Shown here: one piece after another, positions 24,653-36,998 of the stretch
How the letters are laid out: each line of letters begins with the position of its first letter
Numbering within the stretch: position 1 is the stretch's first letter
From: Phoronis australis
Lineage: Eukaryota; Animalia; Phoronida
Reading direction: 5' to 3'
DNA length: 64,000 bases
NCBI GenBank assembly: GCA_002633005.1
Contig: NMRA01000160.1
Coordinates: forward strand, 524,065-588,064
The notes under the pieces: model-generated
The model's input: only the letters and a program-made list of their open reading frames with translations
What the model was told of the DNA's origin: nothing
The model's database searches: none
Position numbers and translations under genes: made by a program

Positions 24653-27600
24653 CTGGAAAAACAACGCAACAACTGCACTCGTACTCACAACAGTTACTAG
24701 AAGTTATCTCCGAAATTGGTTCCATTATTAGATGAAAGATTCTTTGTACACAATCCAGCACAGAACATAAATGGGCGAATGGAATGCTTTGCCATACAAT
24801 GCAACTTTGGCTGGAATTTTTCAACTGAGAGACATAGTGGAGCAAGCTATCAGCCATTAGGTTACGATGCTAGCTAGGGTGCTTCCTTAACTTCTTGAGC
24901 CCGTTCTCGCGCTGCTTTTCTGACGTAGCCCGTCACGGTATCCGTCAACAGCTTACACTGTGCTGCTACAGCCCCTCCTCTCGTGGAATGTCACAATTTT
25001 ATACGCGTGTGCAGCAGGAAAATTGGGATACCCACTCACTTAGAGAGCGGACATGAAACACGGAGACCCATTCATTAGGGAGCTTCCGGATAAAAATCGG
25101 CCTTTCGTAGGTTTCTGTTGCAGAAATAAAGAAGATTTGTAGAAGTTAATTCCCTAACCCTTTTGGAGAGATTCTTGGACAGGGAAATTTTAAAACAATC
25201 AAGACCGAAACAGTAAAAGGTAACAGGGAGGCCATGTTGTCAAAAATTCGCACATCCCTTCTATAAAATATTATTAAAATAAATATATGATATTGAAAAC
25301 CCCTCTGCACATTCGTTAGAAAAAAAAACATTCTGTCGTTTTCAACTTCTTAAGTCAAAGCTTGTGTAAAAAAGTACCCTTTCGTAGGAAGATAGGGTCT
25401 TCTATGAGAGTACCCTCCAGGCATTACCTTGAATCATATATTTTGTTGTTCTTTTTGCAAAGCAGTGACATGATATTGTATTGAAGATTGTGGTCATTGG
25501 TCTATCTATATCTAGAGGACAAAACACAGGTCATGAAGGGGGATTGAAGATAAGGAACAGCCACCTGGTGTCTGTGTCTGACAACGGCAGCTGCTAGCCG
25601 ATTGTGTACAGAGAATTGCATGCCTAACAGACAGCAGTGTTTGAGTGATACTCAAATGTCTCACCTTACTTGGAGAGGAAATAAACAACTATATGCATTT
25701 AGCTCACAGTGAGCTTCTAAACCAAACACACTTAAACAGATGTTTTCCTGAATTCTTAAATAAACACAACACTAACTTTAACAGCACACTTACAAAATTG
25801 GATAACTTAGGCAAAACATGCAGTTACAGTTTCAATTAAGTTACAGTTTCAAGTAGACAATATCACTCAGTGGCAGTGACTGCAGCCTTGCATGCGTGTG
25901 GCGACACCATGAGTGAGTCAGATAAACTAAAAGCTAGCTACATCAAGAACAGCAAGGACTAGCAATAGCACTAACAACTAAGTTGCCTGTATGTTCCGCT
26001 TTAAAGCCACACGCAGTGAAATCTCCAAAAACCATCGTTTTGGTGCTATTTTCGAATGAAGCCTTTTATTTTGACTGGCCCTTCTAAATGGTGAATTAGC
26101 ACATTCACAGATCATTTCAACAAGAACACTGAATGCCACTAGCAGACAGTTTTATTCACAATCTTGGTTTAAAGTATTGCGCAGGCCTTTTATGAGGGAA
26201 AACCTTTTAAGGCTATAGCTCGAAAACAACAGTTTCGGAAGACATTAAGTCAAAACAGAGTGTTCCTAGACAATTGAATAAAGCAAGACTATCAGTTAAA
26301 CTAGACGTGGATCAAGATGGCTCAGGCAGGCCCTACACCGCTACTAGCTGCAAAGAAAGAACTCTTCTATAAGCAATCGGGACGATTGGAGACGTAGCAT
26401 GCAGCTTTGAAACACTTCCCCTCATCCAAACATGCAGAAAATAAAAATAGCCTCTTCCCACAACAATAGCCCAATACTATTTGCAAGCTCGAAACAGAAA
26501 CTCAAAATGCACATCTTCAAAAAGCTATCCCCAACAAATGAGCGCGTTAAACATCTACACTCGAAACTTGCATACATATTTTCGACATAAAAAAATCATA
26601 AACAAACTTGTGCAACTAAGTTCCTGATCTCATTTCTCAAGTCGTCCGCCACTCTGTAAAGTTTGAAAATGTGCTGTACAATAGCCACCATAGATACATC
26701 CTGTCAACGTTACCGTATAGCACAGTGGTCACCGGGGTACAAAAGGACCGTGTTTAACATACACAGACATGTAATACAAAGAGTATGTTATCTGACTGTT
26801 GGTCAAGTACCAGTTTTTTCAGGTGGATATATTTTGAGAAATCTATCAAGAACTTCTGCTAATGAAGGCGATTATCAAAACTGCATGCTACCGATGACAA
26901 GAAGCCCTGAACACAAGCAAGAACTGAAGTTTTTGAGGAGAGCATTGCTACGCTGCTGAGATAATGTCAACAGAAACAATGCAAGCCTCTGAAGGGACAA
27001 GAGCTTTTTGAACATGCTCAACAACAAGACTATGGACTATCCAGGACAGCTATTCTCCACGTCAATGCTGGAGAACATGGGGAAACAAATTTGCGGCCAC
27101 AGATCTTTTTAGATGCGGTAAGTCTGCCGAGAAGAATTGTTAGTTTAAGCACAGGACATCAAAGTGAACTAGGGATTCACAGGATTCCACTAGATGGCGT
27201 CGCCACCTCCTCCACGTGTTCTCACAGATGCGCACCATGTATACCCACGAGAAATCTATAGAATGACAGATTATGCTTCCAAATGCACTGAGAACCATTC
27301 TAAGCAGCGCAGAGGATATCTAGCCATAACTCCGCTCTTGAAATTTCAGATTCACGGTGTCAAATATAACACGGTGGTGCTTAAGTGTGATACTGATACT
27401 GAAACGTTCCGCACTTCAGACTCGTAAAATAGTGATACTAAACAATGGTGTGGTTTGGAAACTAGTACGTCTTGGAGGAAATGGAAATAGTCATGTACTT
27501 CTACTAATGGGGAGAGAGGGGGGTGTGCCGCTGAACAGATATCCTTTTCCATGAAATAACTTCTGGCAGGGAACAAACATCACTTCCAAAACACCTGAAT

Positions 27601-27695
27601 GCAGGTTTGAAATGTCCAGATCCAAACTCTCGACAGGGGAACACAGTTATTCAATGGCACATGCTACACCCCCTATTCCCAGCCCTCCCCACCCC

Positions 27696-27851
27696 NNNNN
27701 NNNNNNNNNNNNNNNNNNNNNNNNNNNNNNNNNNNNNNNNNNNNNNNNNNNNNNNNNNNNNNNNNNNNNNNNNNNNNNNNNNNNNNNNNNNNNNNNNNNN
27801 NNNNNNNNNNNNNNNNNNNNNNNNNNNNNNNNNNNNNNNNNNNNNNNNNNN
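27696..27851. other. Assembly gap (156 N) flanked by C-rich runs, 85 nt downstream of exon 6C
   Basis: N run in the sequence. Confidence 0.99.
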
Positions 27852-27936
27852 CCCCCTCCCCCCCCGCCTAAAGCAACAGCGAGCATCACTGGCATAACAA
27901 GCAGTAACTGACAAGAGCATTCCATGCATGGTATAC

Positions 27937-28012
27937 CTCCTGTTCACTTATTTCGAGTGACTTCATGTTATTACCAACCACTTTCAGTTCATCCTCGAGT
28001 TCCACGATCTTA
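27937..28012 (-). CDS. Tpm: Tropomyosin exon 6 variant C, canonical muscle type ([25 protein letters not shown])
   Basis: 76 nt, phase 2/0, gtttacAG acceptor, donor GAG|GTATAC. Close to the invertebrate muscle tropomyosin consensus. Confidence 0.96.
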
Positions 28013-28588
28013 CTGTAAACACACACACGTGCTCGTTAGCTGCCGGGAACAAACCACTGGGTCACAAGGAAAAACATGTTAGAATCACCCGTAGGAGCAG
28101 TCTAGAGCCACCGTCTACACTCAACTGGAGCAGAGAAATCATAAACGCGGTGCGGAAGGTTAAAAAAACAAGGATTTTATTGCGTGCTAAAGAATTGTCC
28201 ACCCTTGTTTGACTGAGGTTACACAGTATTAACTAGTGGCTACTAGAGAATTGAGTGACGTGGACTAACAAGCCATGACCAGAGTGTGTGGACAACACAG
28301 CTGGCCATCATGGTTGTGTAGCCCCACGTCAGCTCACAGAAAGGTTACAGATAAAGGGTACATCGAAAAATGACTTGACACACGTCGATCAAGTGACAAG
28401 ACAGTATAACAACAGGGTGCACATCAGCCGACAAAGACAGAACAGATTCGACTGGGCGCTTCAGCGTTTGCCGAACAGACATGCGCCAAGACGAACTAGA
28501 CGAGGAAGGGTCAAAGAGCAGGAGCCAAACTGGTGCCAGCACACTCGCAGCTGCTGCGAAACCACATCAACGAGTGGGCGGGTTGTAC

Positions 28589-28664
28589 CTGAGAGTTCTG
28601 CACTTCAAGTGTTTTCATGTTGTTACCGACAATGGTGAGCTCATCAGTCAACTCCGAGCATTTA
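28589..28664 (-). CDS. Tpm: Tropomyosin exon 6 variant B (KCSELTDELTIVGNNMKTLEVQNSQ)
   Basis: 76 nt, phase 2/0, gatttgtAG acceptor, donor CAG|GTACAA, VGNNMK motif. Confidence 0.92.
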
Positions 28665-30496
28665 CTACAAATCAAACAGTTGGGTCATGGATGAGAACAC
28701 ATATGCATAACATTAGTACACCAAGAACCTACTGCATAATTATACATGTTACAGACAACACAGAGAATGGTAGACAGTGATCCTGCAAAGATTGCTGTTA
28801 CCTGAAATTTAAGAACAAGAGCAATGTGCCGACAGGCACCCGTGGTGAGGCATCACAAGGGGCAAGGCTACTATACACAAGTTCGATATCTTTGTGTGCA
28901 CACGAGAGCTGATTGTCCAACCAAATACTGAAAGCACCAATTTACATGCCTTCTGTGATTTCTAATGATAACACACTTTCTTGGTCTCAACTCAATTCTT
29001 AAGTTATTTAGATTCACGGAAATAATTTCTGGGTTTGAGAAAACTGGCCCACACCTGTAAATTCTCATAACGATCCTTTAAACGGTATGGCAGATTGTGG
29101 ATGTCAGAAAACGGATGCAAAAATAACAAAAATGGCCATCAGGTGGCACAGAAAACATCAAATCTATCCGAAAATGGGAAGGTGTTGTTGTCACCTAAAA
29201 AGAAGCCTTTTTGCCAAATTTCATGAAAATGCATTACTGAAATCCAAAGATACAGAGAGAAACATAAAAAGAAACATTTTGTCTCTAGGGGCACTGTAGT
29301 ATCAGGATCAGTTCGACACTCGTTACTGTTTGTCGACGACTCCATAGGAATACACCTTTCAAATTTCACAAAGCTCCTTTAAAGAGTTTAAGGAAATTCG
29401 GCCGCAGATGCAAAAATATTCACCACTAAGGGGGCGACACCGTAGTCAGACCTGTCCAAAAGTCAACGTCAGTCGTGGCCTTTTCATCAACACATCAGTA
29501 AATGTTTATAATGATCCTTTGAGCGGTACGACAGAGCGGACACCAGAAAATGGGTGCAAAAATAACAAAAATGTCCACATGGTGGTGTAACATTCGTTGA
29601 ATCTGTCTGAAAATGGAATGGCATCAACACCTCCATATAAAAAACCTATTTACCAAATTTCATTTGAATCTGTCAAGGACTCCGAAGATAATGACGCAAA
29701 TGTAAAAAACTAAAATTGCCACTAGGGAGCACAGTGGTATCCAGGTCGATCGGAAACTCGACGTAGTCTGTCGTCAGCCACATACGAACACACCTGCCAC
29801 ATGTTAGTAACATCCTGCAAGGGTATACATTTATAAATACATGGGTGCATAAAAATTACGCCATAAAACCGAGACGAGCACTTGCTCAAGATCTGAGAAT
29901 GCTGTTTAAAAATGACAGGCAAGCACGGTAAAAACACTCTTCTTAGAAGCAATCTAAACAGTTTCAAGATTAGCCAAGAAACTGAGCAGCCAAGCACAGT
30001 TGAGCAGTTATTGCTTAGCTCAAGTATAGTAAAATCCATTGAGTGATAACACTTCAAACCACATGGTTGGAAAAATAAGATTAGCAGATAGACAGACATG
30101 GGTGACCGACAGACGATTGGATGCCACACAGGCGGGCAGAGAGATGATGCAATATTCACCGCCACTGTGGAAGTGGGTGAATAAAAATTGACACAAATTG
30201 GTACAATTTGATAACGAACCACCCCGGAACAAAACAAGCAAGTCCTGAAGGCTGTTGTCTCTGCAAAAGAAAAGAACTGTGGTTTAACAAATATAACTCT
30301 TGGACAGACCCCCACCAGTAAGCTGAGGGTGACGTGGTGCGGCAGAATGAGTCGACATCCACCAGGGCCCCTCCTAAGAGCTGAAGGTCAAAGGTTGTAC
30401 AATGACTTGCTGGGATGGCACCTTGTTCACAAGCCTAAAGCGAATCGGTCTATAGAGCGCGCTGCCAGGGATGGACCACACATGTGTCCTTCTTAC

Positions 30497-30572
30497 CTGG
30501 TCTAGTTGCACCTGTATGGACTTAACTGCGATATTGGCCGCGTCCAGTTCTGTCTCCGACTCCTTCAAGGTT
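30497..30572 (-). CDS. Tpm: Tropomyosin exon 6 variant A, divergent (TLKESETELDAANIAVKSIQVQLDQ)
   Basis: 76 nt, phase 2/0, ctttgtAG acceptor, strong donor CAG|GTAAGA. Aligns without gaps to variants B and C (EL...KS). Confidence 0.8.
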
Positions 30573-31238
30573 CTACAAAGTCAAATCTCATGTCATGCAC
30601 AATACTGAAAGCAAGGTGTCTAAAATTAATGCATACCGGCACTCAAGTCGATTGTGAATCATAAAATACCCATAGCAAAAGCACTGGAGTTCATATCGGT
30701 GCTACGGAGATTTGGTTACATGATGTGAAAGAACTTACATCTTGCACAGTATAATAAGGATTTGTAATTGGTATTCAGCCCATTTCTAAAACTTTGGCGA
30801 GTACCACGGTAAATCGGTTAAAGGTCTCGTGATTTTGTTTACAAAGACTCATCTCAAAATATAAATTTGCTCAGATAGCTGAATGTATGACACAGTTATG
30901 TGAATAGAAGAGTTCTTAGATCGCATAAGGCTAACTGTTGTATGTACTTATTTTAGTATTAATATACTCGTATCAATAAGAAAATATAAATATGGGACCA
31001 TATCAAAAATTCACAACGGTGTAATGGTATGCAGCTCTAATCAGCACTACTTTTCACATGGAATAACAATTATATAAATTAGGAAAAAACCCATTCTTTA
31101 TCACCCTTTTTCCAGATTTCATAGTCAAATTTGTCAATACCACTGCTACTCAATATCTTAACCAAATCTGCCGGATGACACCACTACAGTTAAAAATCTT
31201 TTTGAACGCTCACATGAACCGTTGGTGAGAACTTGTAC

Positions 31239-31502
31239 CACGGGCGCACCCAGGGGGGCCTTGAGGGGCTCTAACGAGACTGCCCCCATTTGGCGAAGTG
31301 GGAAAAAAGGTCCGCCTCAGAGAAACAAAAAGTCCGAAAAAGTAGAAAACGAGACAAAAGTCCACTAAAAAGGTAGGAAGTACCAAAATTTGGCGAATGC
31401 GCAATTCATAGCTCTGAACGTAACCCCCGTTTTTAGTAAAAGGTCCACATTCTCAAAAATTCGAGCCCCCCCCCTCCCATTTTTAGGCTGGGTGCGTGCA
31501 TG
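31239..31502. mobile_element. Related MITE (CACGGGCGCACCCAG ... CTGGGTGCGTGCATG)
   Basis: Imperfect 15-bp TIRs, flanks TGTAC/TGAAC. Confidence 0.6.
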
Positions 31503-31661
31503 TGAACAAAGAAAAAACCTATTTACTAGTGCAATGTGTGTGTACACCAAACTGAAGACTTTTTACCGTAATAGTGAACAGCTGCAATTTCTAGCAATGT
31601 AGTCTTCAAAGCAGCTAGAAATGGGACAAACTAGACATTTTTCATAATGCGTCGTGCTTCT

Positions 31662-32756
31662 GTGCCCTTAATACAAAGGCGACATATTAAACAGTTATTT
31701 TGAAAAACTAGGAATCTATTATGAATTAAGATACTGGGTGCGAAAAGTTTTCATGTAGTGTAGCATTTTTGGGAGTTTTAAGCTAGAAAACCCGGTGTGC
31801 ATGGACCTCAAAGATTTCAGGACAACAATCGGATATTGCGTTTCCTCAATTAAGATAACCAGCTCCATCAGTTGAACAGCTGCTGCCATCTATCAGCAAA
31901 CTCTGTAGTGGTGGGACTGAGATTCGATTCAGAGGGTTTCCAAAAAGGGTGAGCATACGAATTTTGGGGGGATTGCGTTATGGTTCAAAGCGGACTTTCT
32001 TGTACACATTACGGAGACGTAGGCACGCAAAGGATCTGTCTGAAAGGCATTTACATAAGGTTTCCTGGTCCATGCCTCCTTAAACGTATTATCTATGAAG
32101 GTAAACATTATCTAGCAAAACTGCCAACACAAACAGAACAGTGCTCCAATTCACAGTGATTAGCTAATATCATAGCAAATGAAATGGAACACAGAACNGT
32201 GCCCTTAATACAAAGGCGATATATTAAACAGTTATTTTTAAAAACTAGGAATCTATTATGAATTAAGATATTGGGTGCGAAAAGTTTTCATGTAGTGTTT
32301 TGAATCAGTGAAAAACATGCGTTTTTGGGAGTTTTAAGCTAGAAAACCCGGTGTGCATGGACCTCAAAGTAGATTTCAGGACAACAATCAGATATTGCGT
32401 TTCCTCAATTAATATAACCAGCTCCATCAGTTGAACAGCTGCTGCCATCTATCAGCAAACTCTGTAGTGGTGGGACTGAGATTCGATTCAGAGGGTTTCC
32501 AAAAAGGGTGAGCATACGAATTTTGGGGGGATTGCGTTATGGTTCAAAGCGGACTTTCTTGTACACATTACGGAGACGTAGGCACGCAAAGGATCTGTCT
32601 GAAAGGCATTTACATAAGGTTTCCTGGTCCATGCCTCCTTAAACGTATTATCTATGAAGGTAAACATTATCTAGCAAAACTGCCAACACAAACAGAACAG
32701 TGCTCCAATTCACAGTGATTAGCTAATATCATAGCAAATGAAATGGAACACAGAAC
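31662..32756. repeat. Near-identical ~540-bp tandem duplication across a single n (32198), probably two haplotypes assembled side by side
   Basis: 31662-32197 and 32199-32756 differ only by a few SNPs and small indels and meet exactly at the n. Confidence 0.85.
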
Positions 32757-33402
32757 AAATGAACAGCAAATTCAATCCCTTTCAGCTGCACTTAAATCTC
32801 GGCAATGGTCTGATATAACGTGCCCGAATTTTGAAAACCAGTTTTCTCAATTGAATAACTGGCATCAAACTGATTCTCAAAATACAGGTGCGTTATATTA
32901 AGACTATTGCCTAAATGTCTCCAGTTCAGGACACAGCATGGAGAAAAAGAGATTTCATTTTCTCATGATTTAATTTTTTCTGGCAGCACCACATCGAGGC
33001 TACGCAATTTTCAACTTCTATACCACTGTGACCATATCACAATATTTTAAAGACTTTAGGCCATTCACTACGTCAGAAGCCTTGAATCGCAAAAAAACAC
33101 ACAAAGCTGGTAATTACTGTTGTCCCAAATCGGTGAAATTCAACTGAAACATTCAGACGTCAACTTATTCAGCTGTATTCACCCAGAGCTAATTTTTCAC
33201 TGGTGGTCCCCCAACATCACTCGTGAGTGGACAAGTTCACAAATTACATGTTGGAGAACACGCCATAAACAACAGGTTTACTTCAAAAATCACCAACCCT
33301 TAACACAAATGGTGAAAATGAACACAGCCAAACGGAACCAAAATAAACACAAACCAGGACCGGATTGACCTAATTACATTCACCTAGACTGAGACTACTT
33401 AC

Positions 33403-33473
33403 GATTCGGCAGCCTCCAGGCGAGCTTCAGCACGCTCCAGGTCAACTTCATTGATGGCCAGCTTGCGAGCAGC
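33403..33473 (-). CDS. Tpm: Tropomyosin exon 5 (AARKLAINEVDLERAEARLEAAE-S)
   Basis: 71 nt, phase 0/2, ttaacAG acceptor, donor TC|GTAAGT, highly conserved lophotrochozoan-type motif. Confidence 0.97.
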
Positions 33474-35858
33474 CTGTTAAGGGAAGACAAACTTATTAAA
33501 TAGTTGGACAATGTGACAGTGCGTTTTGTAAGATATCGGTTATTGTGAAGACTTGATGAAGACTTAATTAAACGAAAAACAGGATTCTAAGAGAGCCAAA
33601 ACAAAGCCTAAAATTTTCCGTGGAATAGTCAAAACACCAAGTGCAGTGCAAAAATCGCGCACATTCATTAGCACCAGAAGTTACGAGAATGTTTAGGAAA
33701 CATTAAAAAAGATATATTTACTTAAGGTTTACTACCAACTTGGCAAAATTTCACGAGATCATTAGAATTAGGCAACAGCATTACATCTCACTGGGATATG
33801 AGAAAAAAAATAAACTTCATGCAATATTTATGTTCCAGTAACTACTGGCAAATTTGTACAAAAACAGTGGATGATTATCGTAAATCTTCAAAAGAACAAA
33901 ACGTTACCGAACAGCGGATAAAGGATAAACATGTCATAGAACTTTCACGATTCCATGCACAAATGCTAGCCTAATAAATTTACATTTGAATTAGTTTAAA
34001 GGCACATCCAGTAAAGATAATTCTCGTTGAACGAATTTCTTGTTGAGACAAGGTTTTGATGTCCCTGTGCAGTGCACATTAGAATAAAACTATCTCATTG
34101 AGCAGAAACAGAATTTTTGCACATGTGGCTGCAATGAGATTTTTCTAACGCTTTCTAGTAACATTTAGAAATTGTCTGCAAATGCACAAGACTTGGGTGC
34201 TTCGGTCAACAGTCTAGAAAATTAACATCATTTCCACATAGATTCAAATCTGGGACTTTTTAAATTAGAAGCCAAAGGCTTTGCCAACGCGGCCTGTTAT
34301 ACTAAGTACGACAGTTTAACTAAAATTTTTATCAATGCTGAAAACACTGATTTGGCACCTCTCGGGACACTTGATTTTTCAAAGCATTGAAAATTTCCAA
34401 ATTCATTGACTTTCAACAAATGAACATTCCACAGGGAACGTTTTGCTGCAGTTTGAAGTTGACAATTATTTTTGACATTCGAAATGGTACTGCATGGGAC
34501 TTTAAAAGGGTTAACAAAATTCAGACAACTGTAATACAAGCCAAAAGTCTTCAGACAAAATGACCTGGAATTCTCCAGCATGACGGCTGAGCGAAAGCCA
34601 ATTCATTGTCATATTGGGGGAATCAACGGGAAGGCAAATGAGGTGACTAAGCCATTCTGCTACCAGAATTTTGTCACTCTAATATCAGTAATTTTTGCTT
34701 TTCACGCAATTAACTATCACGAAGGGTTACTGGTATTTTGTCTGAATACTTTTGTCTTGTACTGTATAACATTGAACAACATGTTAGTAAAACACAATTC
34801 ATAATTTTCTGAGGACACTCCAAATAATCGGCTGAAATATCACCTTGGGGATTTCCCCTTGAAGTAAAATCGAAAATGAATACTCATCACGGTCCTTTGG
34901 AAAAAAACAAGCAAAACAATTTTTTATCATATATCAGCTTGGATTGTCCTCCTTTTCTTACAAATGGTGTGCAACTTTTCAGCTACTTTTACGCAACTTT
35001 TCAGCTACTTTTACAAACCACCACTGAAACCAAGAATGTCAAACAACGCATAAGCGCATAAGCACATCACCAAGGTAAGATGTCGTTGCACATTTTCATA
35101 CAAGTTGGTTGACATTTGGAAGGCATTTGACGTAGTGTAAACACAATAACAACTAAATCTGCTAGCACCATGCAGGTCAGTGATACCTAGGTCTGAAATC
35201 AATCAATGCTGTTAGTCACAATTTCATGGAAGAAATCTACAATTAATGTGTGAGGCATTCGTCATGTCATCAAAAATGCACAGTGAAAATACAATTCTGA
35301 TTCCGAACACAAACGCACATACTCTCACTCATACGCGTGCACAGACGAAGCAATATTATGTTCCAATCACGACGAAGAAACTACCGCACCATTATCACCA
35401 CACAATCTGGAGTGGGGGAAAACGGAGACGACAACGGGTCACAAACTGTTAATAGTCTCGTTCCTTGGTTGCACCACACGGACACTCCGACAATATGGAA
35501 AATATTTGATGCTTTCAACAGTGACCTCAAAACGCAGAAGAAAACCAGCACCGTTGATGGACATTTACACCCACCATATATCTTCATACTAATGCCAAAG
35601 TCTGGGTAAATGCCCGCCCACGAATTTTACGCAATATCACTTTTAAGCATCCACTTTTGCTTGCGTCCAATTTAACACCCATGTTTAGATTTTTTGTTCG
35701 ATATAAACGCCTGGCCTGAATAAGTACAGAAGGTAGTTCGAAACCACTACAGCAAGATTTCTTCCCTTAAGCACTCAATTTATTTTTCTAGATGACCTGC
35801 TCTGAGACCAAGTTGAAGCATCTAAAGCAAAGAGTCAACATGAGCGAGATACACAGAC

Positions 35859-35976
35859 CTCGTCAAACTTGGTCTCGGTATCCTTGACAACAACTCGCGC
35901 GGTCTCCACTTCTTTTTCCAGTCCAAGGATTTTCTCTTCGTCCGCAATTGAACGGGACTCCATAGCTTTTCTATTT
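35859..35976 (-). CDS. Tpm: Tropomyosin exon 4 variant D (NRKAMESRSIADEEKILGLEKEVETARVVVKDTETKFDE)
   Basis: 118 nt, phase 2/0, cacgtttAG acceptor, donor GAG|GTCTGT. Clear paralogue of variant C. Confidence 0.88.
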
Positions 35977-36110
35977 CTAAACGTGCAAACGTAAAAGAGC
36001 AGGTGAGATTCGAATGCATGACAGCCACTGAACAGAAATCATGAGATTGAGAAATCTGACACTAATAACATCACCAGGCATCAGGCATGAGAAGACTCCA
36101 TCATCCACAC

Positions 36111-36228
36111 CTCATCAAACTTGGTCTCCGTATCAGAGAGAACAACGCGCGTGGTTTCCAGCTCTTTTTCCAAACCAGCAATTTTGTCCTCCTCTGTGAA
36201 TGACCGAGACTCCATTGCTTTTCTATTT
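36111..36228 (-). CDS. Tpm: Tropomyosin exon 4 variant C (NRKAMESRSFTEEDKIAGLEKELETTRVVLSDTETKFDE)
   Basis: 118 nt, phase 2/0, cccctttAG acceptor, donor GAG|GTGTGG. Confidence 0.88.
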
Positions 36229-36576
36229 CTAAAGGGGGATGGTAATATTTTTAAGAGAATGAAAAAAACCTCAGGGAGTTCCCGGAGATCTCGAGGGAAA
36301 ATAAACACCAGAGCGTAGTCCATCTTCTGTCTACTGGAGAGAAAGTTCAAGCACTAAAAGCAAATGTCTATCTAGCAGCCAACACGCCACCTGGTGGCCA
36401 TAACAACTGAAATGATAAGCGAAAAAGCAACTAATTATATGTCACAGGTTGTAGAGCGTTCTCCGGCACATCTAGATGTTGATCTACAAATCTAATCTTG
36501 GTTAATGACTCTGCAGCCCTCCAGCCAGCCGCAGTCGCATGCACTGGCTACACTGTGCTTATGCATGCAGCTTCAC

Positions 36577-36694
36577 CTCGTCAAATTTTCTGTCGGCATC
36601 TTCAGCTATGAGCCGCGCCTCCTTTAGTTGGTCCTCTAGCGTCTCGCACCGCTCCTCATCTGCAGTGTTGCGGCTCTCTAGAGCCTTGCGCCCT
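36577..36694 (-). CDS. Tpm: Tropomyosin exon 4 variant B, closest to the canonical muscle sequence ([39 protein letters not shown])
   Basis: 118 nt, phase 2/0, ctccacAG acceptor, donor GAG|[24 protein letters not shown] motif. Confidence 0.95.
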
Positions 36695-36880
36695 CTGTGG
36701 AGCAAACACACAAACCACACACACAACATTAGTTACAACAACCACGAACAACAACAGTATCAACAACGACAACAATGATGGCAATCCTTTCGCAGTCGCA
36801 AATCTGTCCCAATCAGAAAGGGAAGTGCGAACTGAAAAGAGCACAGCACTCAAGAGAGGGGGTGCCATCGAGTGACCTAC

Positions 36881-36998
36881 CTCATCAAATTTGCGCTCAG
36901 CCTCTGTACGCAACTCAGTGGCCTCATTTAGTGCCGCTTCGAGTGTTTCTATTCTCTCCTCGTCTATAGCTCGTCGATTATCCAGGCTTTTTCTTTGC
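36881..36998 (-). CDS. Tpm: Tropomyosin exon 4 variant A (QRKSLDNRRAIDEERIETLEAALNEATELRTEAERKFDE)
   Basis: 118 nt, phase 2/0, catcAG acceptor with a CTAAC branch point upstream, donor GAG|GTAGGT. Confidence 0.9.

Noticed and set aside
24875-24990. Charged peptide KAARERAQEVKEAP* upstream of exon 7
   Set aside because: No pyrimidine tract, wrong length, and no alignment to any tropomyosin exon.
29722-30315. 197-aa minus-strand ORF in intron 6
   Set aside because: Its Cys/Phe/Leu/Val-rich composition is typical of UG-rich intron translation. It has a non-ATG start and no fitting splice sites.
31662-32756. Apparent 540-bp tandem duplication in tropomyosin intron 5
   Set aside because: The copies meet exactly at a single n and differ only at allele level, so a haplotype assembly artefact is more likely than a real duplication.
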